In this document: piece after piece, positions 1 to 12,559 of the stretch
Layout: the number at the start of each line of letters is the position of its first letter
Position numbering within the stretch: the stretch's first letter is position 1
Assembly: GCA_026025795.1 (NCBI GenBank)
Contig: JAPEUG010000161.1
Span: forward strand, 1 to 35,292
Length of the DNA: 35,292 nucleotides
Direction: 5' to 3'
Origin: Thelocarpon superellum
Taxonomy: Eukaryota
Program-made: the position numbers and the translations under genes
The notes under the pieces: model-generated
The model's database searches: none
Told to the model about the DNA's origin: nothing
Seen by the model: the letters and a program-made list of their open reading frames with translations, nothing else

Positions 1-1569
<1,569 letters not shown>

Positions 1570-1916
1570 GATGGCCCGAACACGGAGATGGGATGGAGCG
1601 AAGATGGTGCAGCAGCAGAGACGAGCGAGCGAATTGTGAGTGAAGCTGATAGGTACGGCGCGGTCCAAAGCAAGTCGGACATATTTGTCTCCCGAGTCAG
1701 GCGCGGGAGAAGCCGCACCTCGTACGGCACCGTACGAGGACGAGGACTCCTACGGCATGGCAGCCAGGCGAAATGCGAAAGTAACGTGTGTTCTCTACCC
1801 ACCAGCTTCAACTACTCCACCTCCAAGATACGGGTGCGGCAACCGCGCATCCATATGCCACGACGTCAGTGTGACCAGCCGTGTCGAACTGTCATCCCAC
1901 GCCACCCACATCAGCC

Positions 1917-2665
1917 ATGGCACCAGCCGAAGCTGCGTCCCGTGCAGACGTTATCCAGAACAAGCTCAACGTGCTCCTGGCACACCAGCAGCGCTTGCTG
2001 TCCACCTGGCTGCCACCCCGAAAACCCGAGGAGGCGGCGACGGCCGAGACGCAATCGGAGATAGAGAGGGAAGAGGAGGCCATCTTCACCCCGGTGCCTG
2101 CGACGTACGTGCTCGCCATGTCCACTAGAGTTCAACTCCTCGTCCCTTTCTCTAACCCTACATACACAGCCTGGGCATTGGCGCCACGCTCCCCGCCGAC
2201 GCTGGCAAGGGCTCCGGCGATCTCCGCACACGCTCGTCCAACGATACACTACGAAAGAGACTCCTCGGTCGAAGGGCAGTCCTGTCGCCTGCGACATCGC
2301 GTAAGCCAGGCTCCCACCGGCCCGTGACGGCTAAGACCTCGGTCACCTCGGTCACCTCTACCCTCGCACCTCGCTCCTACACAGAGCTGGATGACGAGGA
2401 TGACGTCGGTCGATCGGCGGTGGGCCGTTCGAAGCGGCAAAAACAAGACGGCGCACCCAGCGATCCGAGCCCGAGATCAACGTCCCTGGACACTACGGCA
2501 CCGCCGCTGGGTAGCACGGCGCAGGACCCATCGCAGCGTCGCAGGGTATCCAAGAGCTTCCTTGATGATGTCCTTGACCAAAGATTACAGCGGAAGAAGA
2601 AAAACGCGCGACGGAAGAGCACCAAGGAAATGCCGAAAACAGCGGCAGATGCCACAGATCGGTAG
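1917..2665 (+). CDS. Conserved fungal hypothetical protein, DUF3245-like (about 227 aa)
   Basis: Exons 1917-2104 and 2170-2665, with intron GTACGT...CTAAC...CAG. Motifs NKLNVLLAHQQRLLSTWL, EEEAIFTPVPATLGIGA, DEDDVGRSAVG and SFLDDVL plus a basic RKKK tail resemble DUF3245 proteins from memory. The gene is divergent from LSC2. Confidence 0.75.
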
Positions 2666-2923
2666 AGTAGACCACCCCCAGCGTATCCGGCACAATCGCA
2701 TGCACCACGAATCGTGGCAGCATGAGGGCGTCGGAGAAACCCGCTTTGGTCGCGTAGCCCCGGCACCCGGAGAAGGTGACCCGCTGCCGCCGATCCACCT
2801 CTCCGCCGCGAGCTCCGTATCGGTCGTCATACCAAGCCATGTACAAATACAAGAAGCGCGCCTCCACCCGAAGCGTACGAGCCGTTCGGTCCAGGAGGTG
2901 CGCCACGTTCCGGCGTCAAGGGG

Positions 2924-4954
2924 TCATTGTAATCGTTTCCGCTTCCGGTCATCGTTGCCCACCTCGTCCTCGTCCGCGCGCTCCACCGTCTCGGCCGGAT
3001 TGAGCAGCGAATGCACGTTGGAGGCCATGCTCGAGCGCCGCGTGGGTGGCGCCGAGGTGTCGCCAGCCTTCAGACCGAATTTGGGCCCGCCGAAGCCCCA
3101 CCCGCTCTCAGCGCTGGTCGTCGACGCCGTCGTGTCGCTCGTCAACGGCGGCGTCGTCTGCCGCGATCCCGTCGACGGTCGGATCTCGTACTGTGCCAAC
3201 ACGTCCCGCACATGCTGCGAGCTCTCCACGTGCGTGCGACTCGGCGACGATGGCCACTGCCCCGACGAGTGTCCCGAGCTATACGGCGTCTCGCGTGAGC
3301 CTTGCCAGCCGTGCAAGCGGATATCGGCCGATGTGTGCCGGCGGATGATGTTGGCCGTGGGCGACGTCACCGACGCGAGCGGATGCTGCGACGGCGGTGG
3401 CGGCGGCGCGTGTGGTCGCAGCGAGCTGGGCGACGTGTGCACATTCCCCAGCGACCCGTACTTGCGCGGCGACACCGACAGATGGTGGGGCATCGGCGGC
3501 ACCGGCGGCCGGAAGAAATGCCCTTGTCGCGGCGCCGGTCCCATGTTCATCCGTCGCACGTCATCCACCGGCGCCTGTCGTGGCGACACCGGTTGATTGT
3601 CAAGCGAAAGGTTGGAAAAGTGTGGCGGCCGGCCTGAGAAGAGCAGCTCTGGCGGTTCGTCCAGCGACCGGAGCATGTCTCGCTGCCGCGCAATCTCCTT
3701 CTTCATGTTTGAGACTGGTCGCGTCAGCCGGCGTCCTTCACGTGCTTGCTCGGTCGGGGACGTACTGTCACGCTGCAGCAGACTATCGGGATCCGGGACC
3801 ATGGCCGACAGAAAGTGGGAGAGATCATGGTTCCACTGTGACGAGACGATCAGTTCAGGCGCCACCGCGACAGACAGGGAGGAGAGCAGCGGGGTGCGGC
3901 CGCACCTGGTGGCAGCGCATCAGCCCATCGGTGAGGCTCTGATACCGCGCGCTCAAGGAGGCGTTTTGGTCCTCGCTCCGCGCAAGACGCGCGTGCACGT
4001 CGTACAGATTGTGCTCAAGGTGGGCCAATCGCGCATCCACCGACTCGACAATCGGCTCCGCCGGGGTGCCCGGTTGAGACATGCTCGCCTTGGGCGCCGA
4101 CGAGAAGGAATCGCGATTGATCAAGGCATGACGAGAGGCTCGCCGCTTGATCTCCCTGAGGCCCACAAGGTCGCCCCGCTTGAAGTTTCCATTGCCATGT
4201 TTGAATTCCCATAGCGTCGATTCCGGTGCACCTGTGTGGAAGACGTCGCTCACTGCTCTCGCCAACGGCTATCAGCACAACGACGCCAGAGATGACGACG
4301 GAGGAGGATACCGTACCTTTGTGGAATCCATACATATTCAGCTGACGCACAAAGGAAGAGATGTTGGTGTGTTTAAAGTATTGCCTGCTGTGGTCAGCTA
4401 CGCACGCAACGCCGGCGAAGAAAGATCCACGCACGCCAGGACTTTTGCAAATTCATTGGAGGGAGACATGACGAAACTCTCGTTGGTGGTCGACCACGAG
4501 ATGAGGTGTTGAATATTAGGGTCCTCGAGCATACTGCGGCTATCAGCAGGCATCCCTCTCTGGACCCTTTAGCTGCCACGTACTTGTACAATTTATGGAT
4601 GAAGGCCGTCTGCACGACTTTGGGTTGTTGCGTCGCTGCCGCAGCGACCGGCGCGGTGGACAGGCTAGACGCGTTGGACGAGGCAGCCGCGGCTGCGGCC
4701 GCGGTGGTATTGACAACCCCGCGCGAATCATCGACGCCCGGGTGTGTGTGATTGTGGAGGTCGCCGTTGGGGCTGCTATGCCCCGGCGGGCCCATGCTGG
4801 AGGGTGGTGGAGGCGTGACGTCCATCATGTCGGCGTGCGCCGGTTCGGATAGGTGAGTCGAGTTCGGCGTCGGCAGCGGGCCATTACCCTCGGCCTTCTT
4901 GAGATCCAAGGTGAAGGGCCCGTGGTGGACACTTTCCATCGGTCGGCTCATCAT
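2924..4954 (-). CDS. SFL1: HSF-type DNA-binding transcription factor, Sfl1-like (about 598 aa)
   Basis: Exons 4954-4584, 4533-4435, 4384-4317, 4252-3906, 3835-2924. HSF domain: TAFIHKLYNMLED...ISW...YFKHTNISSFVRQLNMYGFHKVSDVFH...WEFKHGNGNFKRGD. It is followed by a coiled-coil segment, a Pro/Ser-rich tail and a C-terminal RKRKR. I see no receiver domain, so it is not Skn7-like. Confidence 0.88.
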
Positions 4955-7114
4955 CTTCGTCGACGGGGGTGGAGGTCGAGGGGCCAAGCACGGAGTAGGG
5001 AGGGTACGGCAGAGAAGCGAGCGTCCCAAGTTTAGACGGATGAAACGATGGACGCAATCGCCGGCAGCGGATGCTGCACCGTCGCGTGCGAGGCGAGAAA
5101 AGCCGGCGGCGAAGTCGTCGGAGATCTGGAGCGATCCCGCTAGATCCTGTCCCGGTCGGCGATGCACCTCATGCGCGAGTCGAGTCCGGTCCGGCGACCA
5201 TCATCGTGCGTCGTCGCACCCCCGGCAGGCTATTGGAGGCGCGGGCGCAGGCCCCGGCGAGGATCAAGCAGCGACGGCGACGCCAGGCAGGGTTGAGGCG
5301 TCGAGGCGACAATACCACGACACGATCGTCGGCGCACGAGGGTCGCGGGGGCGGTGGTGATGGGGACCCCGGGAGGAAGAGGAAATGCGGACGAGGATGT
5401 TGTTGATGGGGATGCGCGTGCAGGCGACTCCTGGATGCACGGATGTGGTGGAGCACCGTGCACGGCGCACCTCGAAGCTTTCCGTCTTGGACGGATCAGG
5501 CAGCCCGGAGGACCAGGTTTCGGTGCCGCGGCCACGAGGAGCACGGTGCGTTCAGAGCCGACCACGATCAAGGCTCCAGGAGAGGAGAGGGTTATTGAAG
5601 AAAGAGACAACGGCATGCGACGTAGAAACGGGCGTCCGTGAGCTGAAACAGTGCGAGCGAGCGAGCGCCTGATGGTGTCGGGCCGTGCGGCGACGCTGAG
5701 ATTGATCGTCCCCAACCTGACGACCGAATTAGGGGCCGCTGCTGCTCGTGGAGGGTTAGCACGGATGCGGGTGGTGGTGGTGGTGCGCTTCCCGTTCCAA
5801 AGTGAAGGTTCCTTTCCTTCGACGGTGCAAGTCACCGCTCACCACGGGGCGCGGATTGGGGGCCACCCAACACGCAGCACCGTCCCACCCTCCGGCCCCT
5901 AGGCCACTACTCCCTTCGCTACGGAACCCTTCCACGGCACACTATACCTGCGTGGGCGCTGGAGTCCGACCGGGGCCATCGTCCGCCGAACGTGCCGGGC
6001 CTGCTGCAGCCTGGGTGGCGCCCAGGCCAGAAGGCCACCTCAGGCACAGTGCGCAAGTCAGGAGCACACCCACCTGCTCCCATCGTGCAGCAGCACAAAC
6101 GCTGCAGCAACCCTTCACTTTAGCGACTTGCTTAGCGGGACATGCTTCTTCGACGACGATTCACGGCCCTGCCGCTGTCGCCGCCGCCGGCCCGTCGACT
6201 CCTTCCAGAGGGTTGGGAGACGGGGGACTTGAGACCGGTCGGCGAATGATGAGCCACAGCCGGTTTAATTATTGTGCACGAGCATACTAAGTCATAGTAT
6301 GACCACCGCCCTCACACCCGCACCCCCCCGGACTCTGACTAGTGCGAAGTACCGTAACCGAATCGACCTTGGAACTTGCACCTACAAGCTTTCGCGTCTC
6401 GCACCGCGCACCGCGCAGGTGGTGGAGGCCCCCGCGAGCTCGCCCTCGTTGCGTGTTGCAGGGACCGCACCACCGTTCGACGCACGGGCTCGCGGGGGGC
6501 TTCTAGATTTCTCCAGCCTTGGCACGCTTACGAAGGATGGTCAATCGATCCCATGCCAATCATAGCCAAGGGCCGTTCCCGTCCACTGCTGAACCATACG
6601 AAGCACTCGTGCTAACAGCAGCAGCCAAATGGTCCTTCGTACTGCCATTCTACAGCTCGCGGTACGAATTAAGTAGTAGCTTGGTACTCGTGCGGAAGAT
6701 TGATTAAGAGGACGAAAGCGAGCCGTCACCTCAACTTGGACCCCCACCTCAAGAGTCCTCGTATTTCCACTCACACCCGCGTATACCACAACACTGCTAC
6801 GTGAACGCTAACGGAACTTGTAGTGGAAAAGAGCACGTTCTCCACATCACCCCCATTGTGTTTATATGGTCCTAGTCCCCCAAGTTGATTTGATAAAACG
6901 CACGGAAGCTGGAATTTGTCGCCGAGGACGCTTGCTCACTCTTGTCCTGCGACTACATTCACGCTGTCGGATATTGGATACAGGAAGTAGCGAACACAAG
7001 TCCTCTTACCACGCCTTCCGTCTGTGTGGCTGGCCCTTCGATAAGGGCAACGCCGGAATAACAATGAACCCCTGACAGGATCCTCGAGGATGAGGCGGAT
7101 TTCCAGAGCCTTCC

Positions 7115-8421
7115 TCATTCAACGACTTGGCCGCCAAGCTGCGAACTCACCAGCGAGTTCGCCCCCAACCCAACAATGACCAGCTAGTAATAGTTCTTGC
7201 CAACCCACACGACGTGCGTGGCAACATAGGGAATCTGGATGCGGGCGACGAGGCTACAGAGGTCGTCAAGGCGTCCACGCCGTGGCCCGAGACGGACACA
7301 GTGTATTTGCCATCACGGGAGGGCTTCATGCCGTCGGGCACGTAGTCGTGCGCTTGCCAGATCGCCCACTTGTTGCTGACCGTTCCATCGTTTTTTGACA
7401 TCGTAAGCGTGGACGGATCGCGGTTATGTCTCGTTGTACCACCGGCCCAATGCCCGGCCGAGTCTGCCGTCGATCGTGCCGAAGCCGGCGCCGGTGTCAC
7501 TGAGATATAGTTTTTTGACCATTTTTTCGAGAAAACGTTGCCGTTAGGCTCGAGCAGCGAGTTCTCCACCACCTGCCCCTCTTGCGTTTGCAGGTTGAAT
7601 CGGTAAGGAGCAGGCTCCAAGTCTGGCGCGAACAGGGTGGTATTTAAGGAACCACGAGAAATCTGCGGACGCATCAGTCTGAATGGTCGACTGGAGGCAA
7701 TAGAGATGAAAGATGCGCTCACAGTCATGGACGAATCAGATGTTGTTCCCACTGGGACCAAACACCGGATCGCCGCAGGAGTTGAAGTAATCGCCATAGT
7801 AGTTGTTCAAGAGAGGCGTCGACTGAAATCAAAACTGACTGTAGGTGCCAGGGTAGTAGGTGGTGTTGCCCCACAGCCCTCCACCGCCGGCACAGCAGTA
7901 GAGTTTGCCGTCATGGAGTGTGCTGCCTGCCGGTCCATAGATTGGAGGATCCGCCGCGACGGTGTATTTCGTCAGAGGGAAGGTGGTGAAGTCGAGCACC
8001 AGCTCCGAGAGCATGTTCGACCCCAACTGCGCAATCCGGAGCTGGTTGCGGGACTTGATCCAGATTAGGGCATTCAACTTGATTAGTGGGCCTGAGATCC
8101 GATTGAAGATCGTCTGGATGTAGGGATGGTTACCGGGCGCATCGTTCTTCGCCTTCTGGTATCCAAAGACAATAAAACTGGCCGGCTTGAGGGTGGCGAA
8201 CGATGGGTCGGCGGGTACGGACGCGTTGACGTAGCAATCCTCATTACCGGGCTTGAGAGATGGAACGAGAAGAGCCCGGCGGCAGCCCGGCCGAACAGTG
8301 CGAGACGCTCACCACAGTGGAGTTCCATTGGCCGCTACACCCCGGCGAGACAAGGGAAGCCTGTGCTAAGAAGACAAGAGAGAGCATCAAGGCAATGAGC
8401 GAAAAAAGATGTAGAAGACAT
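7115..8421 (-). pseudogene. Pseudogene of a secreted SMP-30/gluconolactonase/LRE-like six-bladed beta-propeller protein
   Basis: Fragments across frames read: signal-peptide-like SLIALMLSLVFLAQA, VPADPSFATLKPASFIVF, ADPPIYGPAG, LLNNYYGDYFNSCGD, YRFN, ENSLLEPNG, SDTGAG, HAYDV, DYVPDGMK, GHGVD, RIQIPY, WVGKN. In-frame stops at 7829-7831, 7736-7738, 7424-7426 and 7184-7186, several frameshifts, and a relic intron at 7722-7663. Confidence 0.85.
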
Positions 8422-10566
8422 GTTAAAGGGAGATGCAGGGTTGGGAGCTGCGGGGACAGAATTCCGGCACTGGTGGGGAGGTTAGTCCCCTTATGCTCCA
8501 AGACATCGCCACTACGAGACCCGGCCTCGACCGCGACCCGCACGGCAAGTACGTTCGGCGATGAATGTGTTTGATTTGGAGGACTGGCGCGTTCTTGCGA
8601 GTGCCGGCGGCATCCAAGCTTTTGCGGTCGTGGAACATGATGTTTCCCACCACGGATGTCATAATCAGCATGAGGCGGCCGGCAAGCCCCGTCAGCCAGG
8701 AGTGGATCCAGCCCTAATGGAACCCGGCAGATGGAATATTACAAGCCTCATCCTGGTTCACGTACGACTTGTGACGGTAACGGGGTCATACTTGAACTTT
8801 GAGCGAGCATGTGGTTTCTCATGCTTGCAATAAATCTGGCGCAAGGATGCAGACGCAAAGGTCGACTTCAAGTACGCTCCACGAAGAGTCCAAGCCTTTT
8901 CACGACCTCGTTCGTTTCCTGGTGATATCCCTTCGATACCTTGCTCTCAGGATCCAAGGAGCTGGCGAGCGCGCAGCGCCAGGCCACTCGGAACCCCGGC
9001 CGCGAATCAAGGCTGACGAGCGACCTCTCCCCGAACGTCGAATAAAAGGATGCGTCGGCCGTTTGCTGAGTGGTGGAATTTTCACATCGCCTCGAAATTG
9101 TCCGTGGAAGGTCAAGGAGTATCGTGGGCTCGGCATCGTCAGGGGTCCGAGTTTGGTCACATTTATGGAGCGCGTTCCCATGCACACGGTGGAAAGGCGC
9201 ATTTATCAACTTGGCGCTGCGCACGTGTGCGTCATGATGCGTCATGCTATGTTCCAAAAAGGGTTCCACACGCGGGACGCATCTCCATCACTACTATAAT
9301 GATTGCTGATGCATCTGTATCGGAGCTGCTGGAGGAACGCCTGCTTGGCTCTTACGGCATTAACTAATCGGGACGGGATGAGAGTAATTGCTTGCGCATT
9401 CGGCTCTGCAGGCAATGGGAGGCGAGTGATCGGCGCTGTCGATGGTCTCTAGGGGGTGCCGGACCGAGTTCCAGCACCAGGGAGCCGACTGTGGGCGAAT
9501 CAACGCACCAGTACCGCTGGCCAAGCCGAAATCCATCTGCACTCGTTCCGCTGTCAAGGCCAGATGCGCGGAGGTTTAAACTGTGCGAATGTAGTTGCAT
9601 AGCTCACAATTGTGTTGAGGAGTGCAGATGCCGAAGCCGCTTGCTCGTTGACTGGTGTTCACCACTGGGGCCGGGGGCCTCCCAAGCCGCTACTGTTGGG
9701 ACTTCGCGATTGTTCAGAAGCAATATGGCAGACACAGGAAGAGTCAGTGACATAGACAACACGTCGTGCCATTGCCTCCTGTCTGATTTGGTGGGTACTT
9801 TGGAGCAGCAGCTTCTACCGGGCCGCTCAAGTCAGCGTTCCAGCACCTCCACCAATTCTTTCACGGATTCCCATTGGCGTCTCCTCAGCAGCACTGTAAC
9901 CTTGCGAATCTAAGAGCTAGATACGCCTCATAGATAGCCGTCATCGAAACGTCGAATGGGGGACGAGCCGCGTCCTAGGCTAAGCCTCTGTACGGCGACA
10001 TCCATGCCAGACGTATTCCCCACGGCGATCGCCAATTCCTAGATCGGTGGACAACGGGGTGGAACTTTCCACTCGAATTCTCACGGGACCATTACAAGGG
10101 AAGTGGAAAACGTCTTAAAGGGTGGTACAAACCGCGCCATCTACAAGTGGCAGCCTCGTCACGGCGTGGAGGAGAAATTCTAGCGGGAAATGTCACGTTC
10201 GCACATTCTAGAAAGGAAAATTACTGTCTCTAGAAGTACTAGACACAGCTGAGAGCCCGATAGTGCAGGGACTATCACCTTCCCGAGGATGATGCGGCGA
10301 ATAGTATTCAATCAGGAACTGGTTGCTGAGAGCTCGGGGTGCCCCGGCATTGCAGGCTCGCCTCCTATGGTGGCTCGCCAACACCAGTTGAGCAAAAGCA
10401 GCGGCAAATAGCGGAGCGGCCGTGCCGCGGAGACCTGCCGTATCATTGCAGGTCCCACTCGAGAGGGAAGTCACCCAGAGTCTCCCCACAAAACCACCGG
10501 CCACACTCAAAAAGCCACGCCCTTGATCGATAGCCTGGCGACACTTACACGCGCGCCTGCGGCAGA

Positions 10567-11499
10567 ATGGTGGAAAAGGTATATGTCACCTACAATCAGG
10601 TCAGTGCCCGGGCATGTCTAGCTTGTGGTGGTTCGTGGAACTATGGCCGGCTGCGTAACCCTCGGTCTAATTCTGCCCCACCATGTCGCCCCTCTCCAGG
10701 AGTTCACCCTACCGCCCCGAGCAGATCTCGAAGATTTCATGACACTCACTCCAGGCTTCTAGGTACACACGCTCTGTCAAGAATCGGCGGAGCGCATTCT
10801 CAATGATTTTCAACCCAATCTCATGATCGCCATCGGCGGCGGGGGCTATGTCCCCGCGCGCATCCTTCGGTACGGAGCGACGGGGTGCGCCTCGACGGGC
10901 TTGACGTCACTGACCAGGAATGTGTCCACAGCTCCTTCCTCAAGCGCCCCGGTGCAGCCAATATTCCTATCCAGGCCATCGGCTTGAGTCTATACGAAGA
11001 CTTGGGCCGCGATGGGCCGGTCGAGACCCCCGGCACCAAGGTGACACGCACCCAGTGGCTGGATTTGAGCAGTTTGGAAATGGCGAATTTAGTCGGAAAG
11101 AACATTTTGATCGTCGATGAGGTGGACGACACTCGCACTACATTGGAGTATGCCGTCAAGGAGCTTGAGAAAGATGTCGAGGCAGCGCGGCAAAAGCTTG
11201 GGGCCGAGGCCAAGGGAAGCAAGTTCTCCATCTTTGTCTTGCATAACAAAGACAAGCTCAAGAAAGGCACACTTCCCACGTCCATGTTGGAGGAGCACCG
11301 TTATTTGGCCGCTAAAACGGTTGGAGACGTGTGGATCTGCTATCCATGGGAGGCGACGTACGTCTCAGTCATTCATCCCTCAACTCCTGCGCTACCATGT
11401 CCTTCTCCTGATACATTACGCTGTGCAACTGACCAGTCCGTGTTTCTTAGTGACATCGACGAACATGACCGAATGGCACTCTCGCAACCCGTACTGTGA
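10567..11499 (+). CDS. XPT1: Xanthine/hypoxanthine-guanine phosphoribosyltransferase (about 204 aa)
   Basis: Exons 10567-10599, 10763-10869, 10932-11357, 11451-11499. Motifs KVYVTYNQVH, IAIGGGGYVPARILR, the PRPP-binding loop ILIVDEVDDTRTTL, and WICYPWE match the yeast Xpt1/Hpt1 family. Confidence 0.93.
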
Positions 11500-11825
11500 G
11501 ACGGCGCGGCGATCTTAAGGTGGAGCGCATGCCGATAAGACCACGTAGAGTAGACTCTAACATCATTGATGTTCGCAGTGATCAATGAGAGATGGTTCAG
11601 GCACTCAATTCCTCGTGCTGATGTAGTCTCGTGGGCACAACTACCCTCTTCTTGCGGTGAGTCCATAGCACAGCCGGTAGATCTGACTGGGCAGCGAGTC
11701 AAATCCCTAGCCACAGGCCTCTCGTTATGCTTCTCACCATGTGCTTCACACTGGACTGCCACGGCCACCCGGCGGAAATGACATGTCGCCGTGATTGCTG
11801 GGAGACTTACCTAAGTGAAGGAAGT

Positions 11826-12007
11826 CCAATGACTGTCGCAATCAATGGTGGCGCGTACCTGACAGCTGATGGCGGGGCTTGGTCGCCTAGCCTCTGAACC
11901 AATGAGAACCAGCCGATTTCCAATTCCCGCTCAGCCCTATCCGATCTAGGAGGGATGTCAAGTCCCAAGACGTGGGATATAAGCTGGCCAATCTCCTCCC
12001 CAACATT
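11826..12007 (+). promoter_or_regulatory. Putative promoter of the metallothionein-like gene: four CCAAT boxes and a TATA-like element
   Basis: CCAAT at 11826, 11899, 11920 and 11988; TATAAG at 11978, about 145 nt upstream of the ATG at 12123. Confidence 0.4.
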
Positions 12008-12122
12008 CCGAAAAAGTCATCTTCTTGCACGGGCCGAGAACCTCTATGCCATCTCATCAAGCAACCTCAGCCCATTCGACCTGATCAGTCCACCTCAGTC
12101 CCTCTAACGCTACTCACACAAG

Positions 12123-12559
12123 ATGACGGCGCTACCGAAAACCTGTTGTGGTCGAGCTGGTGGCGACTGTCTCTGCGCATCGCAAGCCCGATGCTCGTGC
12201 GGAGCGCAGACGGCCTTGAACTGCAACTGTTCCAAGGCAGACACGGAAAACACGGTGGCCGGGCCCCGCTGCTCATGCCGTATGCTCTCCTCACCCGCGA
12301 TCTTCATCTGAATCCTAGCTCATACCTTGTCTTAGGAGCTCGACCTCAGGGCAAATGCAATTGCGATCGTGCTACGACTGAGAACACACTGACCGGCGCC
12401 ACCTGTGCTTGCGGCCATAGACCAGCAGGTAAAGCAGACCCGGGGCGTGGAACCGTCACCTGACACTCACTAATGGGACGAAAAGATGCGTGTACCTGCG
12501 AAAAGGCCGCTGATGGTGGTCTGCTTCCCGGCGAAATTGACTTTACCACCAAACCCTAG
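12123..12559 (+). CDS. CRD2: Cys-rich metallothionein-like copper-resistance protein, Crd2/CrdA-like (107 aa, 16 Cys)
   Basis: Exons 12123-12279, 12336-12428, 12486-12559 give MTALPKTCCGRAGGDCLCASQARCSCGAQTALNCNCSKADTENTVAGPRCSCRARPQGKCNCDRATTENTLTGATCACGHRPADACTCEKAADGGLLPGEIDFTTKP. It has repeated CxC pairs, TEN repeats and a C-terminal ExDFTT. Confidence 0.85.

Noticed and set aside
2391..3596. 401-aa plus-strand ORF
   Set aside because: It overlaps the DUF3245-like gene out of frame and is antisense to the last SFL1 exon. This is a shadow ORF expected in GC-rich coding DNA.
10170..10240. TTCTAGAA heat-shock-element-like motifs
   Set aside because: Only two contiguous nGAAn units are present, below a canonical HSE, and these are common by chance.
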